This document shows positions 30,867-40,218 of a stretch of 64,000 nt of DNA, in pieces. Below the pieces are notes generated by a model. The model saw nothing but the letters and a program-made list of their open reading frames with translations. It had not been told where the DNA came from and did not search any database. How positions within the stretch are numbered: the stretch's first letter is position 1; each line of letters opens with the position of its first letter. The stretch spans positions 1,984,001-2,048,000 of the forward strand of contig CBDIID010000003.1 of the NCBI GenBank assembly GCA_965279515.1, given 5' to 3'. The translations under genes and the position numbers were made by a program. The stretch comes from Turneriella sp. (GTDB taxonomy: Bacteria; Spirochaetota; Leptospiria; Turneriellales; Turneriellaceae).

Positions 30867-31195
30867 TATTTCGCGCGTTTCGCTTTGGCTTTTTCGTTCA
30901 GGCGTTTTTGTTTCGCGCCGGCTTTAATCGCCTTCGCTTCGGCAAACGGCTTCCAGATGCCGGCTTTAGAGAGAATATTACGCACGGTGTCAGAAGGCTG
31001 TGCGCCTTTTTTCAGCCATGTATCGATTTTATCGTGCTCGAGGCGCACTTGTTGGCCGTCTTTTACGAGGGGGTGGTAGAGACCGACGATGTCGAGAAAC
31101 TGGCCGTCGCGTTTAACGGTGGATGTTGCCGCAACAATGCGGTAATAAGGCCGCTTTTTCGTACCATAGCGTTGCAGCCGGAGCTTAACAGTCAT
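30866..31195 (-). CDS. rpsP: 30S ribosomal protein S16
   Basis: VKLRLQRYG.KKRPYYRIV, WLKKGAQPSDTV. Confidence 0.98.
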   Translation of the reverse strand: MTVKLRLQRYGTKKRPYYRIVAATSTVKRDGQFLDIVGLYHPLVKDGQQVRLEHDKIDTWLKKGAQPSDTVRNILSKAGIWKPFAEAKAIKAGAKQKRLNEKAKAKRAK

Positions 31196-31241
31196 GGGTT
31201 AAAATGGGGGTTTGAGACATACCGTCAAATTAAACTTGGGT

Positions 31242-31721
31242 TTAGGGCACGGCGTCAACGGTATCGACCCGCACATAACAGCCGTCGGCCCACTTGCCGG
31301 GTATGCCACCGGGCGAGACATCGCCGATGATTTTGACCTTGGAGCCATGGCTGAGGGCGACACCGCCATTGCTTTCTATTTTGAGATCAGACTCTTTATA
31401 GCCGCTTTTGAGGCGCTCGACGCGGTTTTTCATCGACCCTACAGTAAATGATGCCAGCAGCTTTTTGCCACCGCGGTTCGGGTTCTGGTACACTTCGACA
31501 AACATGGTATTGCTAATCATCGCGCTTTTGGGGGTCGCGAGATACCCGTCGAAGGAAACCCGGTGATAGCGTGAATGTTTGCGCTCGTCGTAATAGGGGC
31601 CGAAGGCCTCGGTGCAGACTTTTTCGAGCGTCGTCGGCTCAATCGGCCCCTGCTCGCGTTTCCAGCAGGCGGAGTTACACAGTGACAGTACCGGCAGCAG
31701 TACAAGGAGAGTTTTTCGCAT
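31242..31721 (-). CDS. Hypothetical lipoprotein (possible OB-fold)
   Basis: Signal MRKTLLVLL...NSAC; upstream ORF extension overlaps the HAD gene, so start placed at 31721. Confidence 0.6.
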   Translation of the reverse strand: MRKTLLVLLPVLSLCNSACWKREQGPIEPTTLEKVCTEAFGPYYDERKHSRYHRVSFDGYLATPKSAMISNTMFVEVYQNPNRGGKKLLASFTVGSMKNRVERLKSGYKESDLKIESNGGVALSHGSKVKIIGDVSPGGIPGKWADGCYVRVDTVDAVP

Positions 31722-31775
31722 CGGGGCTTGTCGCATAAGGGATTTACCCGGTCTCTCACAAAATTTTCCTGCGGG

Positions 31776-32372
31776 GTGACGGCACCGAAACTTCTGCTTT
31801 TCGATTTGGGCGGGGTAATTCTCGAAGTGGATATACAGGGCCTGCGGGCGCTCGACGGCCATAACAGGTCCGACGCCGAACTTTGGGAAATCTGGCTCAC
31901 CTGCCCCGTTGTACAACAGTATGAATCTGGCAAGATCAGCGACGATGAGTTTGCTAAAGGGGTCATCCGCCACTTTGACTCAACGATGGCACCTGAGGAT
32001 TTTCTGACATCTTTCACGGGCTGGCCGCTGGGTTTTTTCCCGGGCAGCACGGATCTCTTAAAATCGTTGCGGGGTAAATTTAAGCTCGCCTTCCTTTCTA
32101 ACTCGAACCCGCTGCATTACCCGCGCTTTGACCGCGAATGGGGGTTAAAAAAATATTTTGATTATCACTTTGCTTCACATGAGATGGGGTGTGCAAAACC
32201 TGAGGCAAAGATTTTTGATCTGCTCTTAAAAGCCCTGCCCTTTGCGCCCAAAGAGATTCTGTTTTTTGACGATAATCGCCTGAACGTCGAGGCCGCGCTC
32301 AAAGCGGGCATACCCGCACAAATCGTGCGCGGGCACGTGGAACTTAAAATTGCTCTTTCTCCTTATGCTTAG
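31776..32372 (+). CDS. HAD family phosphatase (YihX-like)
   Basis: FDLGGV, LSNSN, SHEMGCAKP, FFDD..N; GTG start inferred. Confidence 0.9.
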   Translation: MTAPKLLLFDLGGVILEVDIQGLRALDGHNRSDAELWEIWLTCPVVQQYESGKISDDEFAKGVIRHFDSTMAPEDFLTSFTGWPLGFFPGSTDLLKSLRGKFKLAFLSNSNPLHYPRFDREWGLKKYFDYHFASHEMGCAKPEAKIFDLLLKALPFAPKEILFFDDNRLNVEAALKAGIPAQIVRGHVELKIALSPYA

Positions 32373-32477
32373 CAAACAGATTTCCGCCAGAACCCCATTT
32401 AGGTAAATGTACCTAGCCCACCTTGTCGTCAGAATGCCCTCCCCAGCCGTCACACCTATTAACCAGCGAGGATAACC

Positions 32478-33614
32478 ATGAACAGCTCCGTTTTAAGCCG
32501 CGTTAAACCCCACCCCGACGGCGGTTTCGCACACGATCTCAAAGATAAACTTCTCACTGGCATCGGCGCCACCGCAGACCATTTTCTGCGCACCTTTCTT
32601 TCCAGCCGCATGCTCGTGAGTAATATTCCCGTAATCCCCGAACTCATCAGCGCCGAATACCGCAAAAAATGGGATTTCTACCGTAACCCGAGCTTTATCT
32701 CGAAACCCGAAACTTTCTTCCAAAAACCGGCGAAAGCAGAACCGCTGATACGGCCGGCAGACCCCATGAACCTGCCGATTCATGACGCGATCTTCGAAGA
32801 CGTTATTTTTCCCAGCGAAATGGAACCGCTGAACCCCGTCTACCACGCGGCTGACATTTTCCCGATGCCGCAGGAATACTCCGTCGCGCGCCATATACGC
32901 CACAAAACCGGCGACAGACCGACACTCATTGTCGTGCACGGTTATGTACTCGACGGTTACGATTTTAACGCGCGACTCTTCGAAGTCGCGAAATTTTTCC
33001 GTCTCGGTTTTAACGTTCTCATGTATACGATGCCCTACCACGGGCCGCGCAAAAAACCCAATGCCGCATTCTCGGGCGACGGCTTTATGTTCTTCGACGC
33101 GGCGCGTATCGCCGAAAACGTACGCTGGTCGATCCACGATCTCACACGTTATGTCGATTTCCTGAGCGCACAATCGAAGCAACCGATCGGCATGATGGGT
33201 TTTTCGCTGGGCGGATTTCACACTGCGCTCATGGCCTCGCTCGACAAACGCCTGGCATTCGCGATTCCCGTCGTGCCCGTCATCACCCTGTTCGATGTCA
33301 TTCTCGACTGGCAGCCGAGCGCGGGCATCATCAAAACATTCATGGGCTTTCTCGGTATGTCGCGCGAGAGTATCAATGAAACTCTCGCCGTGGTCTCACC
33401 CCTTTCGCGACCAACCGCGATTCCGAAAGACAGGATGCTCATTGTCGCAGGCACCGCAGACCGCATGGCGCATCCCAACCATGCCCACAGCCTCTGGCAC
33501 CACTGGAAGCACCCCAAAATCTATTGGTTCCCGGGCAACCACCTGGTTCATTTCGAGAAGACACGTTACATGCGCGAAGTGGTTGCCTTTTTGAGAGGTC
33601 TCGGCCTGTATTGA
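32478..33614 (+). CDS. Alpha/beta hydrolase
   Basis: VVHG, GFSLGG nucleophile, GTADR, FPGNH; RBS gagg. Confidence 0.88.
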   Translation: MNSSVLSRVKPHPDGGFAHDLKDKLLTGIGATADHFLRTFLSSRMLVSNIPVIPELISAEYRKKWDFYRNPSFISKPETFFQKPAKAEPLIRPADPMNLPIHDAIFEDVIFPSEMEPLNPVYHAADIFPMPQEYSVARHIRHKTGDRPTLIVVHGYVLDGYDFNARLFEVAKFFRLGFNVLMYTMPYHGPRKKPNAAFSGDGFMFFDAARIAENVRWSIHDLTRYVDFLSAQSKQPIGMMGFSLGGFHTALMASLDKRLAFAIPVVPVITLFDVILDWQPSAGIIKTFMGFLGMSRESINETLAVVSPLSRPTAIPKDRMLIVAGTADRMAHPNHAHSLWHHWKHPKIYWFPGNHLVHFEKTRYMREVVAFLRGLGLY

Positions 33615-33617
33615 CGG

Positions 33618-34532
33618 GTGCCGCTCAGCGACGCCACCAAGGATATTCTCTCTTTCGGCGCGCATAGCCGTGTCGAAGACAAACGTGCTGAGCTTGTTGG
33701 GTTGCACGATAAACTCAGCGCAGTTTTGGCTGAACGCGATGCGGCGATCGCGCAGGCAAACACGGCGACCCAGCACCTGATCGTCGCCAAGACCCACGCG
33801 GTGGATATCCTGCGTGGTATCAGCAATATCTCAAAACATCTCAAGGCTGCCGACCGCAGTTTCAGTGAACAAAATGCCGCGATGCTGCCCGGGCCTGTGT
33901 TAGCGCGGGTTGAGGCGGTTTTGGGCGAAAGTGAAATTTTCGCCAATGCAAAAAAAGGCATGGCGGCGGGCGCATCGCTGGCGCTCGGCACCTGGGCACT
34001 CGCAGGAACAGCCGGCATCACCAGCGCGGGTGCGGCGCTCAGCGCATCGACCGCAGCGTTCGCTGGCGTAGGCGGTGCTTCGCTGATAGCAGGCGGCGCG
34101 GCTGCCGGGACATTGGCTTTAGGCAGTCTCGTACTTTTACCGGCGGCTGCGATTCTCGCGATCTTCAGCCATAACAGCGCCGACAAGAAAATACGCGAGA
34201 TCGAAACGGAGATTAGCAAGGCCCTCATCGCCATTGAAGAAAGCCGCGGCGCGCTGCTTTCGGTGAATCATCTCGAACGCCGCGCCGCAGAGATAACCCA
34301 GGCCATCGGAAAAACGGCCGCGGTCTTTGAGGCGGAAAAACAGAAATGCCTCGAGCGAATTTATCCCTTTGGAATATTTTCCCGTATGCTGAAAAACATC
34401 CGCAAGTTTCTGGGCGGCAATTTTTTCTCGAAATACGATCTCGTTATGCTGATGCCGCTCCTCAATATGGCGAGAATACTTGCTGAGCTGATCGACCAGA
34501 AGATTCTGGACGAGGAAGGCAACCTGAAATGA
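33618..34532 (+). CDS. Hypothetical coiled-coil protein with long Gly/Ala-rich hydrophobic hairpin
   Basis: Helical N- and C-terminal parts flank about 70 aa of G/A-rich hydrophobic sequence. Confidence 0.65.
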   Translation: MPLSDATKDILSFGAHSRVEDKRAELVGLHDKLSAVLAERDAAIAQANTATQHLIVAKTHAVDILRGISNISKHLKAADRSFSEQNAAMLPGPVLARVEAVLGESEIFANAKKGMAAGASLALGTWALAGTAGITSAGAALSASTAAFAGVGGASLIAGGAAAGTLALGSLVLLPAAAILAIFSHNSADKKIREIETEISKALIAIEESRGALLSVNHLERRAAEITQAIGKTAAVFEAEKQKCLERIYPFGIFSRMLKNIRKFLGGNFFSKYDLVMLMPLLNMARILAELIDQKILDEEGNLK

Positions 34533-34927
34533 GCGCTGTTTCAAAAATCGGCAAACTCGGCGATCTGGCGAAAAAGATTCCCGTACCCGACCTGCTCAAA
34601 TTCTTCAACAACCTGGTCGACGCGTACAAAGAGGGTCAGGTGACCGAGCGAGAAATTGCCAAAATCAACGCCAACAAAGAAGTCATGCTCGCCGAAATTT
34701 CGGGCAAGTATGAAACTTACCGCCTGGTATTTAACCGCATTTTTGACGAGCGCAAAGAAGTGATCGATCGATTTTTCGACGTCATCGACAAGGGTGTAGC
34801 CGCCAACGATACGCAGGTGATCCTCGGTGGCCTCGAGGGACTTAGCCGCATCGTCTCTGCATCACCGTTTGCAAACACAAAAGAATTATCCCGGCTGCTT
34901 GAGTCGGGTAAAACGATCGAGATATGA
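34529..34927 (+). CDS. Hypothetical helical protein
   Basis: ATGA overlaps on both sides; amphipathic helical composition. Confidence 0.65.
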   Translation: MSAVSKIGKLGDLAKKIPVPDLLKFFNNLVDAYKEGQVTEREIAKINANKEVMLAEISGKYETYRLVFNRIFDERKEVIDRFFDVIDKGVAANDTQVILGGLEGLSRIVSASPFANTKELSRLLESGKTIEI

Positions 34928-36336
34928 GAAAGTTCCTGCTGATTCTGATACCTGTATTGTCACTCATCGCCGTGAAATCTCAGGCCGAGCGCATCACCGA
35001 ATACCTGCAGGCGCAGGATTGGGCATCAGCAAACCGCGAGCTTACGGATTATCTTGCGCAAAATCCCGATAAAGCCTGGGCTTATTCTTCCCAGGCATGG
35101 GCACTAGAAAACCTGAAGCGCTACGATGAAGCCGTATCGCTCGCGCGCGCAGGTCTCGACAAATGGCCCACCGAGACGAAACTGCGTACTGCGCTGGGCC
35201 GCCTGCTCATCAAAAAGGCGGAAACTGTCTCCGCTGAAAATGCGCTTCCCTTGTTGAAAGAAGCGGTAGAGATCGACCCGCGCGAATATACCGCCTTTTC
35301 TCTCGCGCGCGCCTACCGCAATGCCGGAAATTTTGCAGAGGCGCTTCTACACATGGAAAAGGGCCTTGTCCAATATCCCGATTCGGCTAACTTTCGCGAA
35401 GGACTGCCGTTCACGCGCTACCAGTATTTCAAAGACCTGCGCACAAGGGGAGACAAGACCGGCATGCGCGCGCAGATCGAAAAAGCGCATAAACAGCTCA
35501 TCGCTGGCAGAACCTATGACCAGTATTATTATAAGTTGATTCTGCGTTTTGGCCTCAGGGAACTCGGCGACCGGAGTTTTTTCCAGACCACGTATGATAA
35601 TCTGCTGGCGGTTTATCCCGAAGAGCCGGCGCTCTATGACGATTACGGATTTCAGCTCTACGCGAATTACAGGCTTCATGACAAAGCGGATAAACAGCTC
35701 AGGGATACTGCAATCTCGTGGCGGCGCAAGGCCTATGAGCTTTACTGGAAAAACCGCGAGCTGCCGAAACCTGTCACAGGCCTCGCCTTTCCCTTAAAAG
35801 GCAGAAACATGATTTGGAGTGCATTCGGCGGCAGCGCGATGACGCACAATGGATTTTCACAGTATTGTTATGATTTTGCGGCAGTCGATGCGCAGCGCAA
35901 CATCGCGAAACCCGGTAGCAAGAAAAAGCGGAACTCCGATTATTTTATGTTTGGCAAACCCGCGTACGCCGTAGCCGACGGGGTGGTTTCAGGTACGATC
36001 ACCGGCTTTCCGGATAATGAACCGGGCGCCTTCAGCGGCGACGCCAATACAATCACCATCCGGCATAAGGGATTTCTTTCTTTCTATGCACACATAAAAG
36101 ACAAGGGAATTCTGGTGCGCGAAGGGCAAAAGGTCCGCAAAGGCGATTTGTTAGGCTATGTCGGAAACAGCGGCATGTCGACCGAATCGCATCTGCATTT
36201 CTGCATCAACGCCGACAACGCGGACGACATCACCATCCCGTTTCAATTCGTGCCGGCGGCGATCGAGAAAAAGGACGGCAAAACAATACGCAGCAGCGAT
36301 TTCTACAAAGAAGACGACGTCGTTATCTTTGAATAA
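34924..36336 (+). CDS. TPR-repeat M23 family metallopeptidase
   Basis: Signal peptide, TPR-like helices, YAVADG, YAHI, GQKVRKGD..GYVGNSG.STESHLHF. Confidence 0.9.
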   Translation: MRKFLLILIPVLSLIAVKSQAERITEYLQAQDWASANRELTDYLAQNPDKAWAYSSQAWALENLKRYDEAVSLARAGLDKWPTETKLRTALGRLLIKKAETVSAENALPLLKEAVEIDPREYTAFSLARAYRNAGNFAEALLHMEKGLVQYPDSANFREGLPFTRYQYFKDLRTRGDKTGMRAQIEKAHKQLIAGRTYDQYYYKLILRFGLRELGDRSFFQTTYDNLLAVYPEEPALYDDYGFQLYANYRLHDKADKQLRDTAISWRRKAYELYWKNRELPKPVTGLAFPLKGRNMIWSAFGGSAMTHNGFSQYCYDFAAVDAQRNIAKPGSKKKRNSDYFMFGKPAYAVADGVVSGTITGFPDNEPGAFSGDANTITIRHKGFLSFYAHIKDKGILVREGQKVRKGDLLGYVGNSGMSTESHLHFCINADNADDITIPFQFVPAAIEKKDGKTIRSSDFYKEDDVVIFE

Positions 36337-36343
36337 ACGGCTC

Positions 36344-36405
36344 AGCCTATCTCAGTAGCCATTCGGCATGGCGTTTTTTCGTACCGCGGCCTACTGAGAT
36401 AGGCT
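36344..36405. repeat. 15-bp perfect inverted repeat between convergent genes (terminator or MITE-like remnant)
   Basis: agcctatctcagtag - 32 nt - ctactgagataggct. Confidence 0.75.
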
Positions 36406-36406
36406 T

Positions 36407-39400
36407 TTAATCCAAATAGGGCCTCAGCCAACGCTCGGCTTCTTCGATCGACATGCCTTTGCGTTTTGCATAATCTTCAAGCTGGTCGCGGTCGATCTTG
36501 CCCACAGCGAAATATTTCGATTCAGGATGAGCAAAGTACAGACCGCTTACCGATGAAGGCGGCGTCATCGCAAAATTTTCGGTGAGCTTGATGCCGGTGT
36601 TTTTCTCCACCGACAACCAGTTGAAAAGGGTCGTTTTCTCCGTATGGTCGGGTGATGCCGGGTAACCCGGCGCGGGACGTATACCGAGATACTCTTCTTT
36701 AATAAGCCCCTCGATATCGAGCTTCTCATCGGCTGCATAACCCCAGGTCAGCTTGCGCACAGTCTCATGCGCATATTCGGCAAAAGCTTCTGCAAAACGA
36801 TCAGCGATAGCTTTCACCATAATGGCCGAATAGTCGTCGTTTTGTTTTTCAAAACGCGCGGCGTATTCCCCCGCCCCGTCGCCGGCAGTTACGGCAAAGC
36901 CACCGATATAGTCGTGTTCACCGATGAAGTCGGCGAGCGAATAATACACCTGTTCGTTTTCTTTCTTTTTCTGTTGCCGCAGAAAGTGCAGCTTATGGAT
37001 GACTTTGTCGCGGTTTTCGTCGGCATAGACAAGCACATCGTCACCGTCGCGTTTTGCCGGAAAGATCCCGACGACGCCGCGCGGCTGAAAGGGTTTGTCT
37101 TTCAGAATCATGTCGAGAATCTTCTGGCCGTCGTGGAAAAGTTTCCGTGCTTCAACGCCGACCACTTCATCGTCGAGAATGCGCGGGTAACGGCCGCGGA
37201 GTTCCCATGCCATAAAGAACGGCGACCAGTCGATGTAAGGCACGAGGTCACCCAGGCGCACTTTATCGAGCAAAGTAATGCCCAGCTTATTGGGAAGTTT
37301 CACAGGAGCAGGTTTCAGCTGCGGAGCCTTGGCAATGGCATCGGGGTATGACAAGAACGCGCGGTCCTTTTTGCCGCTGAGGTAATCCTCACGCAGCTTG
37401 GTCTGCGCGAGCGTGAGTTCTTTCACATAATTGCCGCGCATGTCTTCGCTGAGCAGTTTGCCGAGCACGCCTGTTACCAGCGAAGCGTCGGGTACGTGCA
37501 CGACAGGGTTTTCATACGACGGCACAATCTTGACCGCAGTGTGAGCGGCCGACGTTGTGGCGCCGCCGATCAGCAGCGGTTGTGTAAATCCGCCTTTTTT
37601 CATTTCGCTCGCGACATAGACCATCTCGTCGAGTGACGGCGTGATGAGGCCAGACAGGCCAATGACATCGGCATTGATCTCTTTCGCCATTGCGAGAATT
37701 TTATCGCAGGGCACCATGACCCCCATATCAATGACTTCGTAGTTATTGCAGCTGAGTACCACACCGACAATGTTCTTGCCGATATCGTGCACGTCGCCCT
37801 TGACCGTGGCCATGAGCACCTTCGTGCGCGCTGAAGATTCACCCATGTCAGCTTTCTCCTGCTCCATAAATGGAAGAAGATAGGCGACGGCCTTTTTCAT
37901 GACGCGCGCCGATTTGACGACCTGCGGCAAAAACATCTTGCCCGCGCCGAAAAGCTCGCCGACCACACGCATGCCGCCCATGAGCGGCCCTTCGATGACA
38001 CGAAGCGTGGGGGAATATCTCTTGCGCAGTTCTTCGACGTCCTGTTCGACGAACTGGTCGATGCCTTTGACGAGGGCATGTTTGATGCGCTCTTCCGCGG
38101 TATTCTCGCGCCAGGTGAGATCTTCTTTGATCTGCTCTTTGCCGCCGCTCTTATATTTTTCGGCGATATTCAGCATGCGCTCCGTCGCGTCGGGGCGGCG
38201 GTTCAAAATAATATCTTCGACATGCTCCTTGAGTTCAGGCGGAATGTCTTCGTAGACGGCGAGCATACCCGCATTGACGATACCCATATCGAGACCAGCC
38301 TTGATCGCATGGAACAGGAACACCGAGTGGATCGCTTCACGCACAGCGTTATTGCCGCGAAATGAAAACGATACGTTACTCACGCCACCCGAAACCAGTG
38401 CCCCTGGGCACACTTGTTTGATGCGGCGTGTCGCATTGATGAAGTCGAGAGCATAGTTGTTGTGCTCTTCGATACCCGTCGCGACAGTCAGAATGTTGGG
38501 GTCGAAAATGATATCGCTGGGGTTGACATGCGCCTTTTGCGTCAGCAGATCATAGGCCCGCTTGCAGATGCGCACCTTGTCTTCTTCCGTCGCCGCCTGG
38601 CCCTGCTCATCGAAGGCCATGACGACCATGGCAAAACCGTGCTCTTTAACGATGCGGGCCTGATCTAAAAACTTCTCTTCGCCTTCTTTAAGGCTGATCG
38701 AATTGACGATACCCTTGCCCTGCACACACTTGAGGCCCGCATAGATCACCGACCACTTCGACGAGTCGATCATGATCGGTACGCGCGCGATATCGGGCTC
38801 AGAGGCGATGAGGTTCATGAAACGTGTCATCGACGCTTCACCGTCGAGCAGGGCTTCATCGAAATTGACGTCGATAATGTTGGCGCCGGCAATGACCTGC
38901 TGGCGCGCGACTTCGAGCGCCTGGTCGAATTTGTCTTCGAGAATGAGTTTTTTGAACTTAGGCGAACCCGTCACATTTGTCCGCTCGCCGACCATAAGAA
39001 AACCAGTCGCGCCCGTGACATCGAGCGGCTCGAGGCCCGCGAGATGCAGTCCCTGCGGCTTCCCGAGCCCGGCAGGAATCACGCGCGGCTTTTCAACGGC
39101 GACACGTTTCACCATCTCTTTGATATGATCGGGCGTCGTACCGCAGCAGCCGCCCGCAATGTTGAGCATCCCCTCCTTTGCAAAAACAGCAAGGTCTGAC
39201 GCGAACATCGCCGGTGTTTCGTCGTAACCGCCGAAGGCATTGGGCAGCCCCGCGTTGGGGTAACAGGAAATCATCACATCGGAAACACGCGACAAGGCTG
39301 CGAGGTGCGGCTTCATGTCTTTCGCACCGAGTGCGCAGTTGATACCGATCGAAAGCGGGTTCGCATGGCGCACGGAATTAAAAAACGCTTCGGCAGTCTG

Positions 39401-40123
39401 CCCCGAGAGTGTGCGCCCCGAGGCGTCGGTTATTGTCACTGAAATCGATACCGGAATGCGATAACCCAACTCTTCAAACGCCTCTTCAAACGCGACGATC
39501 GCGGCTTTGACGTTCAGGGTATCGAGGTTGGTTTCCGGCAGCAGCAAGTCTGCGCCGGCTTTCATGAGCGCGATCGTCTGCTCTTTGAAGCAGGCCTTGA
39601 GCTCGTCGAAGGTCGTGGCACGGTAAGCGGGATTATTCACGTCGGGAGAAATAGACCCCGTCTTCGTCGTCGGCCCCAGCGCACCCGCGATAAAAATTTT
39701 GCGCGCGTCTCCATGCTCTTTATAAAAAGCCTCGCGCGCGTCTACGACGCATTTGACCGCGGCTGCGTTGAGTTCTTTCACGAGGTGCTCGAGCTTGTAA
39801 TCCCCCTGCGAAATAAAATTACTGCTGAACGAGTTTGTCTCGATGATGTCGGCGCCGGCGTCGATGTACTCGCGATGGATCTGCGTAATCACATCAGGTC
39901 TGGTCAAACAGAGCAAATCTGAGTTCCCCTTGAGAGGAATTGGATGATTTGTGAGATCAATGGGGGTTTCAAGGGGGGCATCGCCCCCCTTGAAAGAGAC
40001 TACTTTTCTATAATCTTTTTCTTCCAGGTTACGGCGCTGTATCATCGTGCCCATGGCACCGTCGAGAATGAGAATACGCTTGGCGAGAGCCTCGCGGATA
40101 TCAGTTTCACTGTAGCGTGGCAT
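36407..40123 (-). CDS. metH: Cobalamin-dependent methionine synthase
   Basis: [43 protein letters not shown]; start at MPRY (ATG at 40135 also possible). Confidence 0.99.
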   Translation of the reverse strand: MPRYSETDIREALAKRILILDGAMGTMIQRRNLEEKDYRKVVSFKGGDAPLETPIDLTNHPIPLKGNSDLLCLTRPDVITQIHREYIDAGADIIETNSFSSNFISQGDYKLEHLVKELNAAAVKCVVDAREAFYKEHGDARKIFIAGALGPTTKTGSISPDVNNPAYRATTFDELKACFKEQTIALMKAGADLLLPETNLDTLNVKAAIVAFEEAFEELGYRIPVSISVTITDASGRTLSGQTAEAFFNSVRHANPLSIGINCALGAKDMKPHLAALSRVSDVMISCYPNAGLPNAFGGYDETPAMFASDLAVFAKEGMLNIAGGCCGTTPDHIKEMVKRVAVEKPRVIPAGLGKPQGLHLAGLEPLDVTGATGFLMVGERTNVTGSPKFKKLILEDKFDQALEVARQQVIAGANIIDVNFDEALLDGEASMTRFMNLIASEPDIARVPIMIDSSKWSVIYAGLKCVQGKGIVNSISLKEGEEKFLDQARIVKEHGFAMVVMAFDEQGQAATEEDKVRICKRAYDLLTQKAHVNPSDIIFDPNILTVATGIEEHNNYALDFINATRRIKQVCPGALVSGGVSNVSFSFRGNNAVREAIHSVFLFHAIKAGLDMGIVNAGMLAVYEDIPPELKEHVEDIILNRRPDATERMLNIAEKYKSGGKEQIKEDLTWRENTAEERIKHALVKGIDQFVEQDVEELRKRYSPTLRVIEGPLMGGMRVVGELFGAGKMFLPQVVKSARVMKKAVAYLLPFMEQEKADMGESSARTKVLMATVKGDVHDIGKNIVGVVLSCNNYEVIDMGVMVPCDKILAMAKEINADVIGLSGLITPSLDEMVYVASEMKKGGFTQPLLIGGATTSAAHTAVKIVPSYENPVVHVPDASLVTGVLGKLLSEDMRGNYVKELTLAQTKLREDYLSGKKDRAFLSYPDAIAKAPQLKPAPVKLPNKLGITLLDKVRLGDLVPYIDWSPFFMAWELRGRYPRILDDEVVGVEARKLFHDGQKILDMILKDKPFQPRGVVGIFPAKRDGDDVLVYADENRDKVIHKLHFLRQQKKKENEQVYYSLADFIGEHDYIGGFAVTAGDGAGEYAARFEKQNDDYSAIMVKAIADRFAEAFAEYAHETVRKLTWGYAADEKLDIEGLIKEEYLGIRPAPGYPASPDHTEKTTLFNWLSVEKNTGIKLTENFAMTPPSSVSGLYFAHPESKYFAVGKIDRDQLEDYAKRKGMSIEEAERWLRPYLD
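39967..39995. repeat. Perfect 13-bp-stem hairpin in frame within metH
   Basis: tttcaaggggggc-atc-gccccccttgaaa; encodes FKGGDAPLE. Confidence 0.8.
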
Positions 40124-40131
40124 ATATCGAT

Positions 40132-40151
40132 ACATCTATATACATCGATGC
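40132..40151. promoter_or_regulatory. Candidate operator upstream of metH
   Basis: ACATC-tatatacatc-GATGC imperfect 20-bp palindrome, overlapping a second one (atatcgatacatctatat, 40124-41). Confidence 0.4.
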
Positions 40152-40218
40152 ATCGTCAAGCAGGATCAAAGTCGCGATCAGTGCTTTCCATCAGGTCCGC
40201 TCATTTCCAAGGGTAAGC

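Noticed and set aside
40124..40218. SAM or cobalamin riboswitch upstream of metH
   Set aside because: Gap is too short and lacks recognisable conserved elements.
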